From contig JAXDGF010000035.1 in NCBI GenBank assembly GCA_034665165.1, forward strand, positions 1 through 59,006: a stretch of 59,006 nucleotides of DNA. Reading direction: 5' to 3'. Positions 9,278-17,591 of this stretch are shown here, in pieces (positions within the stretch are counted from its first letter, which is position 1; every line of letters begins with the position of its first letter). The notes beneath the pieces are model-generated. The model had not been told where the DNA came from, made no database searches, and saw nothing but the letters and a program-made list of their open reading frames with translations. The position numbers and the translations under genes were made by a program. The stretch comes from Solirubrobacteraceae bacterium. Its GTDB lineage: Bacteria > Actinomycetota > Thermoleophilia > Solirubrobacterales > Solirubrobacteraceae.

Positions 9278-9889
9278 ATGGCCACCGCCTCGAAATCCGC
9301 ACACACCACCCCGCGCCAGCGTGTGCCCGCCGCCGAGCGGCGGGCCGCGCTGATCGAAGCCGCCGTGCACGAGTTCGCGCACGGCGGACTCCACGGGACG
9401 CCGGTCGACCGCATCGCGCGCCGCGTCGGCGTCGCCCAGCCCTACGTGTTCAGTCTCTTCCCCAGTAAGCGCGATCTCTTCCTGGCCGCGGTGGAGCGGG
9501 GCTTCGAGCTCACGGCCGAGACCTTCACCCGCGCGGCGGCCGAGTTCGATCCCGAGACCGCCCCGCCCGACGTGGACGTCCTCCTCGTCATGGGTCTCGC
9601 CTACGTCGAGCTCCTCTCTACCCACCGCGACTACCTCATGCTCCAGCATCAGGCGTACGCCGCCTGCGACGACGACGTCATCCGCGATCGCGTGCGCGCG
9701 TGCTACGCGCGACTCATCACCCACGTCGAGGACCTCTCGGGCGCGGAGTCCGAACGGATCGATGCGTTCTTCCGCTACGGCATGTGGCTGAACGTCGCCG
9801 CCGCGATGGGGGTCGAGGACCTCTCCGCCGGCTGCGAGTGGATCTTGGCCGAGCGCGATCGCCGACAGGCCACGTTTCCTGACTGTTAA
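9278..9889 (+). CDS. TetR/AcrR family transcriptional regulator
   Basis: AAVHEFAHGGLHGTPVDRIARRVGVAQPYVFSLFPSKRDL HTH. Start ATG 9278. Confidence 0.92.
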   Translation: MATASKSAHTTPRQRVPAAERRAALIEAAVHEFAHGGLHGTPVDRIARRVGVAQPYVFSLFPSKRDLFLAAVERGFELTAETFTRAAAEFDPETAPPDVDVLLVMGLAYVELLSTHRDYLMLQHQAYAACDDDVIRDRVRACYARLITHVEDLSGAESERIDAFFRYGMWLNVAAAMGVEDLSAGCEWILAERDRRQATFPDC

Positions 9890-9912
9890 CCCGGGCGGCG
9901 TACCCTTAGAGC

Positions 9913-10611
9913 ATGTTCAACTTCCGACACAAGACCACTATGGTCGACCCCGCAGACGCCCTGCCGGGTCGAGACACGGCCATGCGGGTCCCTGCCCGTC
10001 ACGCCGTATTGGACACCCCCCTCGAGCCGCCGTTCCCCGAGGGGTTCGAGCAGGCGATCTTCGGCATGGGCTGCTTCTGGGGAGCCGAGCGCGTGTTCTG
10101 GCAGGCACCGGGCGTGTACACGACCGCGGTCGGCTACGCCGGCGGGTCCACCCCCAACCCCTCCTACGAAGAGGTCTGCTCCGGCCGCACCGGCCACACC
10201 GAGGCGGTGCTGGTCGTGTTCGACCCACAGGCGACCAGCTACGGCGAGCTCCTACGCCTGTTCTGGGAGAACCACGATCCGACCCAAGGCATGCGCCAGG
10301 GCAACGACGTCGGCACCCAGTACCGCTCCGGCATCCTGTACACCAGTGAGGCGCAGAAGGCAGCGGCCGAGGCGTCCCGAGCGGCATACGCCGAGCGCCT
10401 ACGCGCCGCCGCTCACGGCGACATCACGACCGAGATCGAGGCCGCCGGACCGTTCTACTACGCCGAGGATTACCACCAGCAGTACCTGGACAAGAACCCC
10501 ATGGGCTACTGCGGCCTCGGCGGTACCGGCGTGAGCTGTCCGGTCGGGCTGGCGACCACGGGTGCGGCGACCGCCGGCGCGGCGAGCGCAGGTGCGGAGA
10601 CGGCGCGCTAA
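9913..10611 (+). CDS. msrA: Peptide-methionine (S)-S-oxide reductase MsrA
   Basis: GCFWG active site, [27 protein letters not shown]. Confidence 0.97.
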   Translation: MFNFRHKTTMVDPADALPGRDTAMRVPARHAVLDTPLEPPFPEGFEQAIFGMGCFWGAERVFWQAPGVYTTAVGYAGGSTPNPSYEEVCSGRTGHTEAVLVVFDPQATSYGELLRLFWENHDPTQGMRQGNDVGTQYRSGILYTSEAQKAAAEASRAAYAERLRAAAHGDITTEIEAAGPFYYAEDYHQQYLDKNPMGYCGLGGTGVSCPVGLATTGAATAGAASAGAETAR

Positions 10612-10880
10612 CCCCCCGCCACCGCCGGCAGGATCGTGACCTCGTCGCCGTCGGAGACGGGCGTGTCGAGGCCGTCGAGGAAGCGGATGTCATCGCCGCC
10701 GACGTAGACGTTGACGAAGCGCCGCAGCCCGCCGTCCTCGGCGATGCGGCTGCGGAGCTCCCCGAAGCGAGAGTAAAGGGCGTCGAGCACCTCCCCCACC
10801 GTCGCACCCTCGACGCTCGCCGACGTCTCGCCGTCGGTGGCGGCTCGGAGCTGGGTGGGGATCTTCACCGTGACGGGCAT
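10608..10880 (-). CDS. Ubiquitin-like sulfur carrier protein (MoaD/ThiS/CysO family)
   Basis: [12 protein letters not shown]...RRFVNVYV...ILPAVAGG, 90 aa with C-terminal GG. Start overlaps the stop of the upstream thrC-like gene. Confidence 0.93.
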   Translation of the reverse strand: MPVTVKIPTQLRAATDGETSASVEGATVGEVLDALYSRFGELRSRIAEDGGLRRFVNVYVGGDDIRFLDGLDTPVSDGDEVTILPAVAGG

Positions 10881-12115
10881 CAGGCTGCCACCGTGTACGC
10901 CTCGTTGGCCGCGTCGAAGGCGGCGACGGTCGGCTCGATGTCCATCGTCCGGAATGTGCCGCGCACGCAGTCGAGCGTCTTCAGTCCCTCGCCCGTGATG
11001 TAGGCGACGACGCTCTCGCTGGGATCGATGTCGCCGCGCTCGGCGAGCTTCGCGAGCACGGCGACGGTCACGCCGCCCGCCGTCTCGGTGAAGATGCCGG
11101 TCGTCTCGGCCAGGAGCTTGATCCCGGCGCGGATCTCGTCGTCGCTCACCGAGTCGATCGAGCCCGCGGTCCGGCGGGCGAGGTCGAGCGCGTAGGGGCC
11201 GTCGGCCGGATTCCCGATCGCGAGCGACTTGGCGATCGTGTCGGGCTTCACCGGTCGGCAGACGTCGTGGCCGGCTTCGAACGCGGTCGCCACCGGCGAG
11301 CAACCCGCCGCCTGCGCCCCGTTCATGATCGGCACCTTGCCCGACACCAGGCCGGCCTCGATCCATTCCTCGAAACCGCGCGCGAGCTTGGTAAAGAGCG
11401 ACCCCGACGCGATCGGACAGACCACGCGATCGGGGAGCGCCCAGCCGAGCTGCTCGACGGTCTCGAAGGCCAGGGTCTTGGAGCCCTCGGCGTAATAGGG
11501 CCGCATGTTGATGTTGACGAACGCCCACTCGTGCTCTCCCGAGAGCTCGGTGCAGAGCCGGTTGACGTCGTCGTAGTTGCCCGCCACCGAGACCAGGTGG
11601 GTGCCGTACACGCCCGTCGCGAGGACCTTCTGCTCCTCGAGATTGGACGGGATGAACACGTAGGACTCGAGCCCGGCAGCGGCGGCGTGGGCCGCCACCG
11701 CGTTGGCGAGATTGCCCGTCGACGCGCACGCGATCGTCTCGTACCCAAGCTCCCGAGCACGGGCCAACGCGACGGCTACCACCCGGTCCTTGAACGAGTG
11801 GGTCGGGTTGGCGGCGTCGTTCTTGATCCACACGTCACGCAGCCCGAGGCGCTCGGCCAGGCGATCGGCCCGCAGGAGCGGCGTCCACCCCGCCGGCAGC
11901 GTCCCCCGGGGAGGAGCGGCCAGGGGCAGGAAGTCGGCGTAGCGCCAGATCGAATGCGGTCCGGCCTGGATCCGGCGACGGACCGCCGCCGGGTCGGTCT
12001 CGGAGCGCGGCGCGTAGAGAACCTCGAGCGGGCCGAAGCATTGCTCGCAGACGTAGCGAGCGTCGAGGGGATACGGGGTCTTACATTCCTTGCAGCGAAG
12101 AGACTCGGGCGGCAT
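10880..12115 (-). CDS. Threonine synthase-family PLP enzyme; probably an O-phosphohomoserine sulfhydrylase (see findings)
   Basis: N-terminal CxxC...CxxC, NPTHSFKDR (PLP lysine), ASTGN, EGSKT, SLAIGNP, ITGEGLK. Confidence 0.88.
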   Translation of the reverse strand: MPPESLRCKECKTPYPLDARYVCEQCFGPLEVLYAPRSETDPAAVRRRIQAGPHSIWRYADFLPLAAPPRGTLPAGWTPLLRADRLAERLGLRDVWIKNDAANPTHSFKDRVVAVALARARELGYETIACASTGNLANAVAAHAAAAGLESYVFIPSNLEEQKVLATGVYGTHLVSVAGNYDDVNRLCTELSGEHEWAFVNINMRPYYAEGSKTLAFETVEQLGWALPDRVVCPIASGSLFTKLARGFEEWIEAGLVSGKVPIMNGAQAAGCSPVATAFEAGHDVCRPVKPDTIAKSLAIGNPADGPYALDLARRTAGSIDSVSDDEIRAGIKLLAETTGIFTETAGGVTVAVLAKLAERGDIDPSESVVAYITGEGLKTLDCVRGTFRTMDIEPTVAAFDAANEAYTVAA

Positions 12116-12118
12116 ATA

Positions 12119-12152
12119 TAAAAAACCTCCGCCGGGGTCTGTGGTCGGAGGT
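12119..12152 (-). terminator. Riboswitch expression platform: intrinsic terminator hairpin that also contains the Shine-Dalgarno sequence
   Basis: Minus strand ACCUCCG-loop-CGGAGGU followed by a U-tract and then AUAUAUG, the start codon. Confidence 0.75.
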
Positions 12153-12171
12153 CACTGAGAAACCGCCTATT

Positions 12172-12281
12172 CCACATCTCCCAGGCCTTGTTGTTGGAGC
12201 CTGATGGAATTGGCACCGTTCCCGTGTGGGGCGGTTGCCGGGGTCTCGTAGGGCCATATCCCTCCACCCCTCTGGATGCGT
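12172..12281 (-). ncRNA. SAM-I (S-box) riboswitch aptamer
   Basis: Minus strand AUCCAGAG-GGGUGGAGGGA-UAUGGCCC-UACGAGACCCCGGCAACC...GGUGCCAAUUCC..CAG...CUGGGAGAUG matches the SAM-I consensus (AUC-AGAG, GAGGGA, GGCCC, GCAACC, GGUGCxAAxUCC, AGAU). Confidence 0.93.
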
Positions 12282-12298
12282 ACTGCTATGTGGTCGGA

Positions 12299-12328
12299 AG
12301 TATAGCCAGGGCCCTGGACGGTCGGCAA
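12299..12328 (-). promoter_or_regulatory. Probable sigma70 promoter for the riboswitch operon
   Basis: TTGCCG (12328-12323)-18 bp-TATACT (12304-12299), just upstream of the aptamer. Confidence 0.65.
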
Positions 12329-12378
12329 CTTTCGGGCGCCGTGGCGTGGCGCGGGGCGGCCGCCCGCGTCTGCGCCGG

Positions 12379-12411
12379 CGCGTGCGCGCGTTTCGCGTGC
12401 GCGCGTTTCGC
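12379..12411. repeat. 15-bp tandem repeat (about 2.2 copies), CGCGTGCGCGCGTTT
   Basis: Read directly in the intergenic region between divergent genes. Confidence 0.85.
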
Positions 12412-12462
12412 ATTCCCCGCGCGCGTAACGAGTCGAGGGCGCCGGTGTTAGCACGGCTGGGC

Positions 12463-13446
12463 ATGCCGATCGCGCCAACCGACCCGCTCGAGCAACTCGA
12501 GCGTTCCCTCGACGCCGTGCGCCCGCCGAGCAAGCGGATGCTGATGATCGTCAATCCGTATGCGACGACGGTTTCCGACCGGCTGAAGAACCTGGTTGTG
12601 TACGCGCTGCGGGGCCGCTACGAAGTCGACGCCGTCGACACCGAGGCGCGTGACCACGCCACCGAGCTCTGCCAGGAGGCGGCGCAGGAGGGCTACGACG
12701 TCGTCGTCGCCTTCGGCGGTGACGGAACCGTCAACGAGGCCGCCAACGGCCTGGCCGGCTCGGACACCCCGCTCACCTGCCTGCCCGGCGGCCGCGCCAA
12801 CGTGTATTGCCGCATGCTCGGCATCCCCACCGAGGTCGTCGACGCCACCGAGCATCTCCTTCGTCTCGCCGACGACTGGCACCCTCGACGCGTCGATCTC
12901 GCCCGCGTCAACGACCGCCACTTCCTGTTCTCGGCCGGGCTCGGCCTCGACGCCAGCGTCGTCGAGCGCGTCGACGCCCACCCCCGTCTCAAGGCCCGCT
13001 ACGGCGAGTACTACTACGCGGCCATCGGGATCCGCACCTTCACCCGTCGGTACGTCTTCCGGCCGCCCCGGCTCGAGGCCATCCTCGGCGACGAGACGGT
13101 TACCGGCGTGACCGCGCTCGTCCAGAACGGGACGCCCTATACCTACTTCGGCGACCGACCCGTGAACATGGGTGAAGGGGCCGATCTGACGAGCGGCGAT
13201 CTCGCCGGCATCGTGCTCGAGCGGGCGAGCGCGATCGACATGCCGACGGTGATCTGGCGTTCCCTGTCCGAGCGCGTGCGGATGGCCCGCCACCGCCGCG
13301 TGCACTCCTTCACCGGCCTGCCCGGCCTGCGCGTGCGCTCGCTCGACGAGCGCCTCCTTCCCCTCCAGGTCGACGGCGGCTACATCGGCCAGGTCTCCGA
13401 GGCGACATTCGGGGTGACCCCGGGCGGAATCGCCGTCATCGCGTAG
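12463..13446 (+). CDS. Diacylglycerol kinase (YegS/DAGK) family lipid kinase
   Basis: IVNP, GGDGTVNEAANG, LPGGRAN, GLGLDA, QVDG. Confidence 0.9.
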   Translation: MPIAPTDPLEQLERSLDAVRPPSKRMLMIVNPYATTVSDRLKNLVVYALRGRYEVDAVDTEARDHATELCQEAAQEGYDVVVAFGGDGTVNEAANGLAGSDTPLTCLPGGRANVYCRMLGIPTEVVDATEHLLRLADDWHPRRVDLARVNDRHFLFSAGLGLDASVVERVDAHPRLKARYGEYYYAAIGIRTFTRRYVFRPPRLEAILGDETVTGVTALVQNGTPYTYFGDRPVNMGEGADLTSGDLAGIVLERASAIDMPTVIWRSLSERVRMARHRRVHSFTGLPGLRVRSLDERLLPLQVDGGYIGQVSEATFGVTPGGIAVIA

Positions 13447-13785
13447 AAGCGCGAGGGCTTGGGCGACCAGGCCGGAGGGCGTGCGGGAGTCGCTCGCTCT
13501 GGAGTCGTTCGCGCCGGCGAGCGCAACACACCCCCCGCCGGCGCGGCCCCGGCCGGACCGATTGACACGAGCTCGCGGGCATTTCGGGCCTCTCAAGAGT
13601 TTGCGACAGCGTCTCTCGGAGGAAAATTCCCTCGGGACCGAACCCTGGGCGGGAGACGTGACTGTGGGTTGCGTTAGCCGCCCAAGGTCCCGACCCGCGA
13701 GTCGCGCAGGCGCCGCGGCGCGCGCGGCCGAGCGGCAAGCTGAACGCGGGCTCGGTCTCCGCCTGTGGCAGGTCACAATGCCGTG

Positions 13786-15129
13786 ATGGACATCGACGCT
13801 GATGATCTGAGGACCTGTCTGGAGGTGCTCGCTCGCGTGGACGAGCTTCCGGTCGAGCATCCCGACGCGATCGCGGTGCGACACGCGACTGCTCGGATCT
13901 TCAAGTCGGTCAAGGAACGCCGCCGTGCCGAGCGCCGCGCTGCCGTTTCCGCCGAGGACCGCGCGGTGCTCGCGAGTACCGCCACGGCGGCGCCGGGACG
14001 TGTCGACGACGAGACGAGCGGCTTAGAGCTCGTCTCCACCGTTCCGGGCGGGAGCGCCGGGACTCTGATCCGGGCACGACCTTGCTACCAGTGCAAGCTC
14101 AGATACACCCAGGTCGACGCGTTCTATCACCAGCTGTGCCCGTCTTGCGCATCCGTCAACCGAGAGCGCCGCGAAGCGCGCACGGACTTGACCGGACGCC
14201 GCGCGCTCCTGACCGGTGGGCGGGCCAAGATCGGCATGTACATCGCCTTGCGGCTGCTGCGCGACGGCGCCTCAACGACGATCACGACGCGTTTCCCATG
14301 GGACGCGGCACGTCGGTTTTCATCGATGCCTGACAGCGGCGACTGGCTTGACCGGTTGGACATCGTCGGCGTTGACTTACGCCAGCCGGGCCAGGTCGTT
14401 GCCCTCGCGGACGCGGTCGCTTCCGATGGACCGCTCGACATCTTGATCAATAACGCGGCCCAAACCGTTCGTCGCTCACCGGATGCGTACGCGTTGCTAG
14501 TCGCCGGCGAGACTGAGGCGCTTGTAAACGGCCCTCCCGTCCGCGAGCTCGGTGCGGCGCACGACCTCCATACGGGCACGACGCTCGCCCTGACCGCGCG
14601 CAGCGCCGCGATCGACGCCGGTGGGCTCATCCCCGATGAGGTCGACCACAACAGTTGGACGCAAAGGCTCGAGGACATCGATCCCGTCGAAATGCTCGAG
14701 GTCCAACTGTGCAACACCACCGCCCCGTTCATCCTCATCAGTCGGCTGCGAGCATCGCTCGCAGCGTCTACGGCGCGCCGGACCTACGTAGTCAACGTCT
14801 CAGCGATGGAAGGTAGCTTCGGGCGTGGTTACAAGGGGCCAGGCCATCCTCACACCAACATGGCCAAGGCCGCGTTGAACATGCTCACCCGGACGAGCGC
14901 GCGGGAGATGCTCGACACCGACGGCATCCTGATGACGAGCGTCGACACAGGCTGGATCACCGACGAGCGACCGCACACCACCAGGGTGAGATTGGCGCAC
15001 GAGGGGTTCCATGCCCCGCTTGACCTCGCAGACGGCGCTGCCCGCGTTTACGACCCGATCGTGCGAGGTGAAGCCGGCGAGGACCTGCACGGCGTATTTC
15101 TCAAGGACTACGCCCCCACGAGCTGGTAG
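13786..15129 (+). CDS. SDR family oxidoreductase with N-terminal Zn-finger-like extension
   Basis: CYQC...CPSC, LLTGGRAKIG, LINNAAQ, NVSAMEG, HTNMAK, SVDTGW. Confidence 0.85.
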   Translation: MDIDADDLRTCLEVLARVDELPVEHPDAIAVRHATARIFKSVKERRRAERRAAVSAEDRAVLASTATAAPGRVDDETSGLELVSTVPGGSAGTLIRARPCYQCKLRYTQVDAFYHQLCPSCASVNRERREARTDLTGRRALLTGGRAKIGMYIALRLLRDGASTTITTRFPWDAARRFSSMPDSGDWLDRLDIVGVDLRQPGQVVALADAVASDGPLDILINNAAQTVRRSPDAYALLVAGETEALVNGPPVRELGAAHDLHTGTTLALTARSAAIDAGGLIPDEVDHNSWTQRLEDIDPVEMLEVQLCNTTAPFILISRLRASLAASTARRTYVVNVSAMEGSFGRGYKGPGHPHTNMAKAALNMLTRTSAREMLDTDGILMTSVDTGWITDERPHTTRVRLAHEGFHAPLDLADGAARVYDPIVRGEAGEDLHGVFLKDYAPTSW

Positions 15130-15142
15130 GGCCTCGCGCCCT

Positions 15143-15162
15143 GGGGGGTGAACCCACCCCCC
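15143..15162. repeat. Perfect 8-bp stem hairpin upstream of the relaxase-like gene
   Basis: GGGGGGTG-AACC-CACCCCCC, flanked by direct copies of CCTCGCG. Confidence 0.8.
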
Positions 15163-15180
15163 CTCGCGGCTCTGGGAGAC

Positions 15181-16083
15181 ATGAGCGAGCAAACGCCCAA
15201 TTCGGCGCCGCGGCCGCGGCCGCGACCACGCGCCGGCGTTCGGAGCACGCGGGTGACCGAACGCGACCACGAGATCCTCGCGTTCGCCGCCGAGCACCGG
15301 ATCGTCCTCCCGGCCCACGTTCAGACCCTCCTCGACGTAAGTGCGAGCGTCGCCTACGGCCGACTGCGGGCTCTCAGCGACGCAGGCTTCCTGAAGGCCG
15401 AGCGCGTCCTCCACCGCCAGCCGACCTGGCACTGGATCACGCGCCCCGGGTTGGCGATCATCGGCAGCGACCTCCCGCCCCCGCGGGTGGACCTTCGGTG
15501 CTACCAGCACGACATCGGCATGGCTTGGACCTGGCTGGCGGCCTCGCGCGGGGCCTTCGGTCGCGCCGAGCGAATCATCTCCGAGCGCGAGATGCGCTCG
15601 CACGACGCCACCCGCGCCAGCGCCGGCGCCGGCGCCGGCGGCCGGTCGATGTCGCTCGGCGATGACGGACGCCCGTTCGGGGTGCGCCTCAGCGGCGTCG
15701 GCCCGCGCGGTCGGATCGGGCTCCACTACCCGGATCTCCTCCTCGTCGGCCGGGGCGGCGAGCGCGTAGCCATCGAGCTCGAGCTCACGTCCAAGGGCCC
15801 GCGGCGGCTCGAGTCGATCCTGGCTGCGTACGGTGCCGACCCCCGCATCCGAGCGGTCCTCTACCTCGCTGAGAAGCCCGGGATCCGTCGCGACGTCGAG
15901 GCCACGGCGGCCCGCCTCGGGATCTCGGAGCTCGTCCACGTCCAGCGCGTCGCCTGGCCCTCGGCGCCGCAGCCGGCCAATGCGCCCGAGCGGGCTCGCG
16001 GCCCGGCGACGCGAACCGCGCGCGCAGGCGACACGGCGCGCGCTCGGCAGCCGCGCGCCCACGACACGGCGCTCGCCAGATGA
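15181..16083 (+). CDS. Replication-relaxation (Replic_Relax-like) protein: wHTH plus PD-(D/E)xK-like domain
   Basis: TERDHEIL wHTH start, RLRAL...GFL, YQHDI, HYPDLLL, AIELELTSK..RLESILAAY. Confidence 0.78.
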   Translation: MSEQTPNSAPRPRPRPRAGVRSTRVTERDHEILAFAAEHRIVLPAHVQTLLDVSASVAYGRLRALSDAGFLKAERVLHRQPTWHWITRPGLAIIGSDLPPPRVDLRCYQHDIGMAWTWLAASRGAFGRAERIISEREMRSHDATRASAGAGAGGRSMSLGDDGRPFGVRLSGVGPRGRIGLHYPDLLLVGRGGERVAIELELTSKGPRRLESILAAYGADPRIRAVLYLAEKPGIRRDVEATAARLGISELVHVQRVAWPSAPQPANAPERARGPATRTARAGDTARARQPRAHDTALAR

Positions 16084-17528
16084 GCCCGCGCCCGCACCAC
16101 GGACGCTGGCCGCCGTTGGTGGTCCTCGCGGCCTTCGTGCTCCTCCTCGTCGCCCCGACGGTGCTCGCCGTCGCGGGCTTCGGCGCAGCGACGCTGGGAA
16201 CCGTGCTCCTCCGCCTCGCCCGCGGTCGCGCCGCGCGTGCCGTGTCGGCCTCGGATGCGACCGCGGCCCGCGACCGGGGTGGAGCAACCCTGCTCGGGAG
16301 AGCCGAGGACGGGCGGCCGTTCCATCTCACCGATCACCAGCTCTCCGCCCACACGCTGATCCTCGGCGCCTCCGGGGCGGGCAAGACGACGACGCTGTTG
16401 AACCTCCTCACCGATCATGTCGACCGCGGGCGCGGCGCCGTCGTCATCGACATGAAGGGTTCGCGGGAGTTCGCGCGCACGCTGGAGCAGGCGGCGGACC
16501 GCGCCGGGCGCCCGTTTCGTCTCTGGACCCTCGATGGGCCCGGCCACTGGAATCCGCTCGCGCACGGCAACCCCTCAGAGCTGAAGGACAGGCTGATCTC
16601 CGCCGAGCGCTGGACGGAGCCGCACTACCAGCGCGCCGCTGAACGCTACGTGCAGAACGCCCTCAGGGTCTGGGAGCAGGCCCAGCCCGGGCGCGCTCCG
16701 ACGCTGGCCGATGTCGTCGGACTGCTGGACGAGCACCGCCTGTCGATCATGCTCCGAGACGTTCCCAGGGAGCTCGCGACCGAGGTCGCCGGCTATCTGG
16801 CCGGCCTCGTCCCCGATCAGCTGAGCGCGGTGCGCGGGCTCCAGACCCGGATCGCGATCCTGGCCGAGTCCCAGTCGGGGCCATACCTCGCGCCGGGCGA
16901 ATCCGGCATCATCGACCTCCCGAAGGCGATGCGCGAGCGCGAGGTCGTGCTTTTCAGCCTCAACTCGAGCCGCTACGGCCAGCTCGCCGCTCAGGTCGGC
17001 GCGCTCGTCGCCCAGAACCTCAACGCCGCGATGGGCACGCGTTTCGAGGAGGGAGCCACCGAGCCCGTCATGATCGGCATCGACGAGCTCTCAGCGCTGG
17101 GCGCCCACCACGTACTCAGCCTCGTCGCCCAGGGCCGTGAAGCCCTCTTCCCCGTCGTCGCGGCCACACAGGAGCTCGCGGATATCAGCCGGGTCGCCCG
17201 GGGGCTCGCCGAACAGCTCCTCGGCATCCCCGGAACCAAGATCGCCCATCGCCAGGACCTGCCCGACTCGACGAGGATGATCGCGGAGATCGCGGGCACC
17301 GAGCCCGTGTGGGAACAGACCTACCACACCGACCGACGCGCGCTGCTCCCCGACCGAGAGACCGGACGTGGCACCCGGCGCGAGGTGCAGCGCTACCGCG
17401 TCGACCCCGACACGATCAAGACGCTGGCACCCGGAGAGGCGGTCGTGATCACCAAGATCCCCAGGGCCTCCGTGCAGAAGGTGACAGTCCGCCCCCCGCG
17501 CGGCAAGGATCCCCCCGAGCGCGGCTGA
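16080..17528 (+). CDS. TraD/VirD4-like type IV coupling protein (FtsK/HerA-superfamily ATPase), membrane anchored
   Basis: Two N-terminal TMs, HTLILGASGAGKTT Walker A, VIDMKG, WNPL, IGIDE Walker B, QGR, ATQ, IKTLAPGEA. ATGA overlap with the upstream gene. Confidence 0.85.
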   Translation: MSPRPHHGRWPPLVVLAAFVLLLVAPTVLAVAGFGAATLGTVLLRLARGRAARAVSASDATAARDRGGATLLGRAEDGRPFHLTDHQLSAHTLILGASGAGKTTTLLNLLTDHVDRGRGAVVIDMKGSREFARTLEQAADRAGRPFRLWTLDGPGHWNPLAHGNPSELKDRLISAERWTEPHYQRAAERYVQNALRVWEQAQPGRAPTLADVVGLLDEHRLSIMLRDVPRELATEVAGYLAGLVPDQLSAVRGLQTRIAILAESQSGPYLAPGESGIIDLPKAMREREVVLFSLNSSRYGQLAAQVGALVAQNLNAAMGTRFEEGATEPVMIGIDELSALGAHHVLSLVAQGREALFPVVAATQELADISRVARGLAEQLLGIPGTKIAHRQDLPDSTRMIAEIAGTEPVWEQTYHTDRRALLPDRETGRGTRREVQRYRVDPDTIKTLAPGEAVVITKIPRASVQKVTVRPPRGKDPPERG

Positions 17529-17591
17529 CCACCCCGCCCCCGGCCCGCTCCCGGCCGGACCGCGCCCGGCCCACGACACGATCGCCCCGCG

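Noticed and set aside
13447-17590. Complete ICE or integrated plasmid around the relaxase/coupling pair
   Set aside because: No integrase, VirB4, rep gene or flanking att direct repeats were found by eye.
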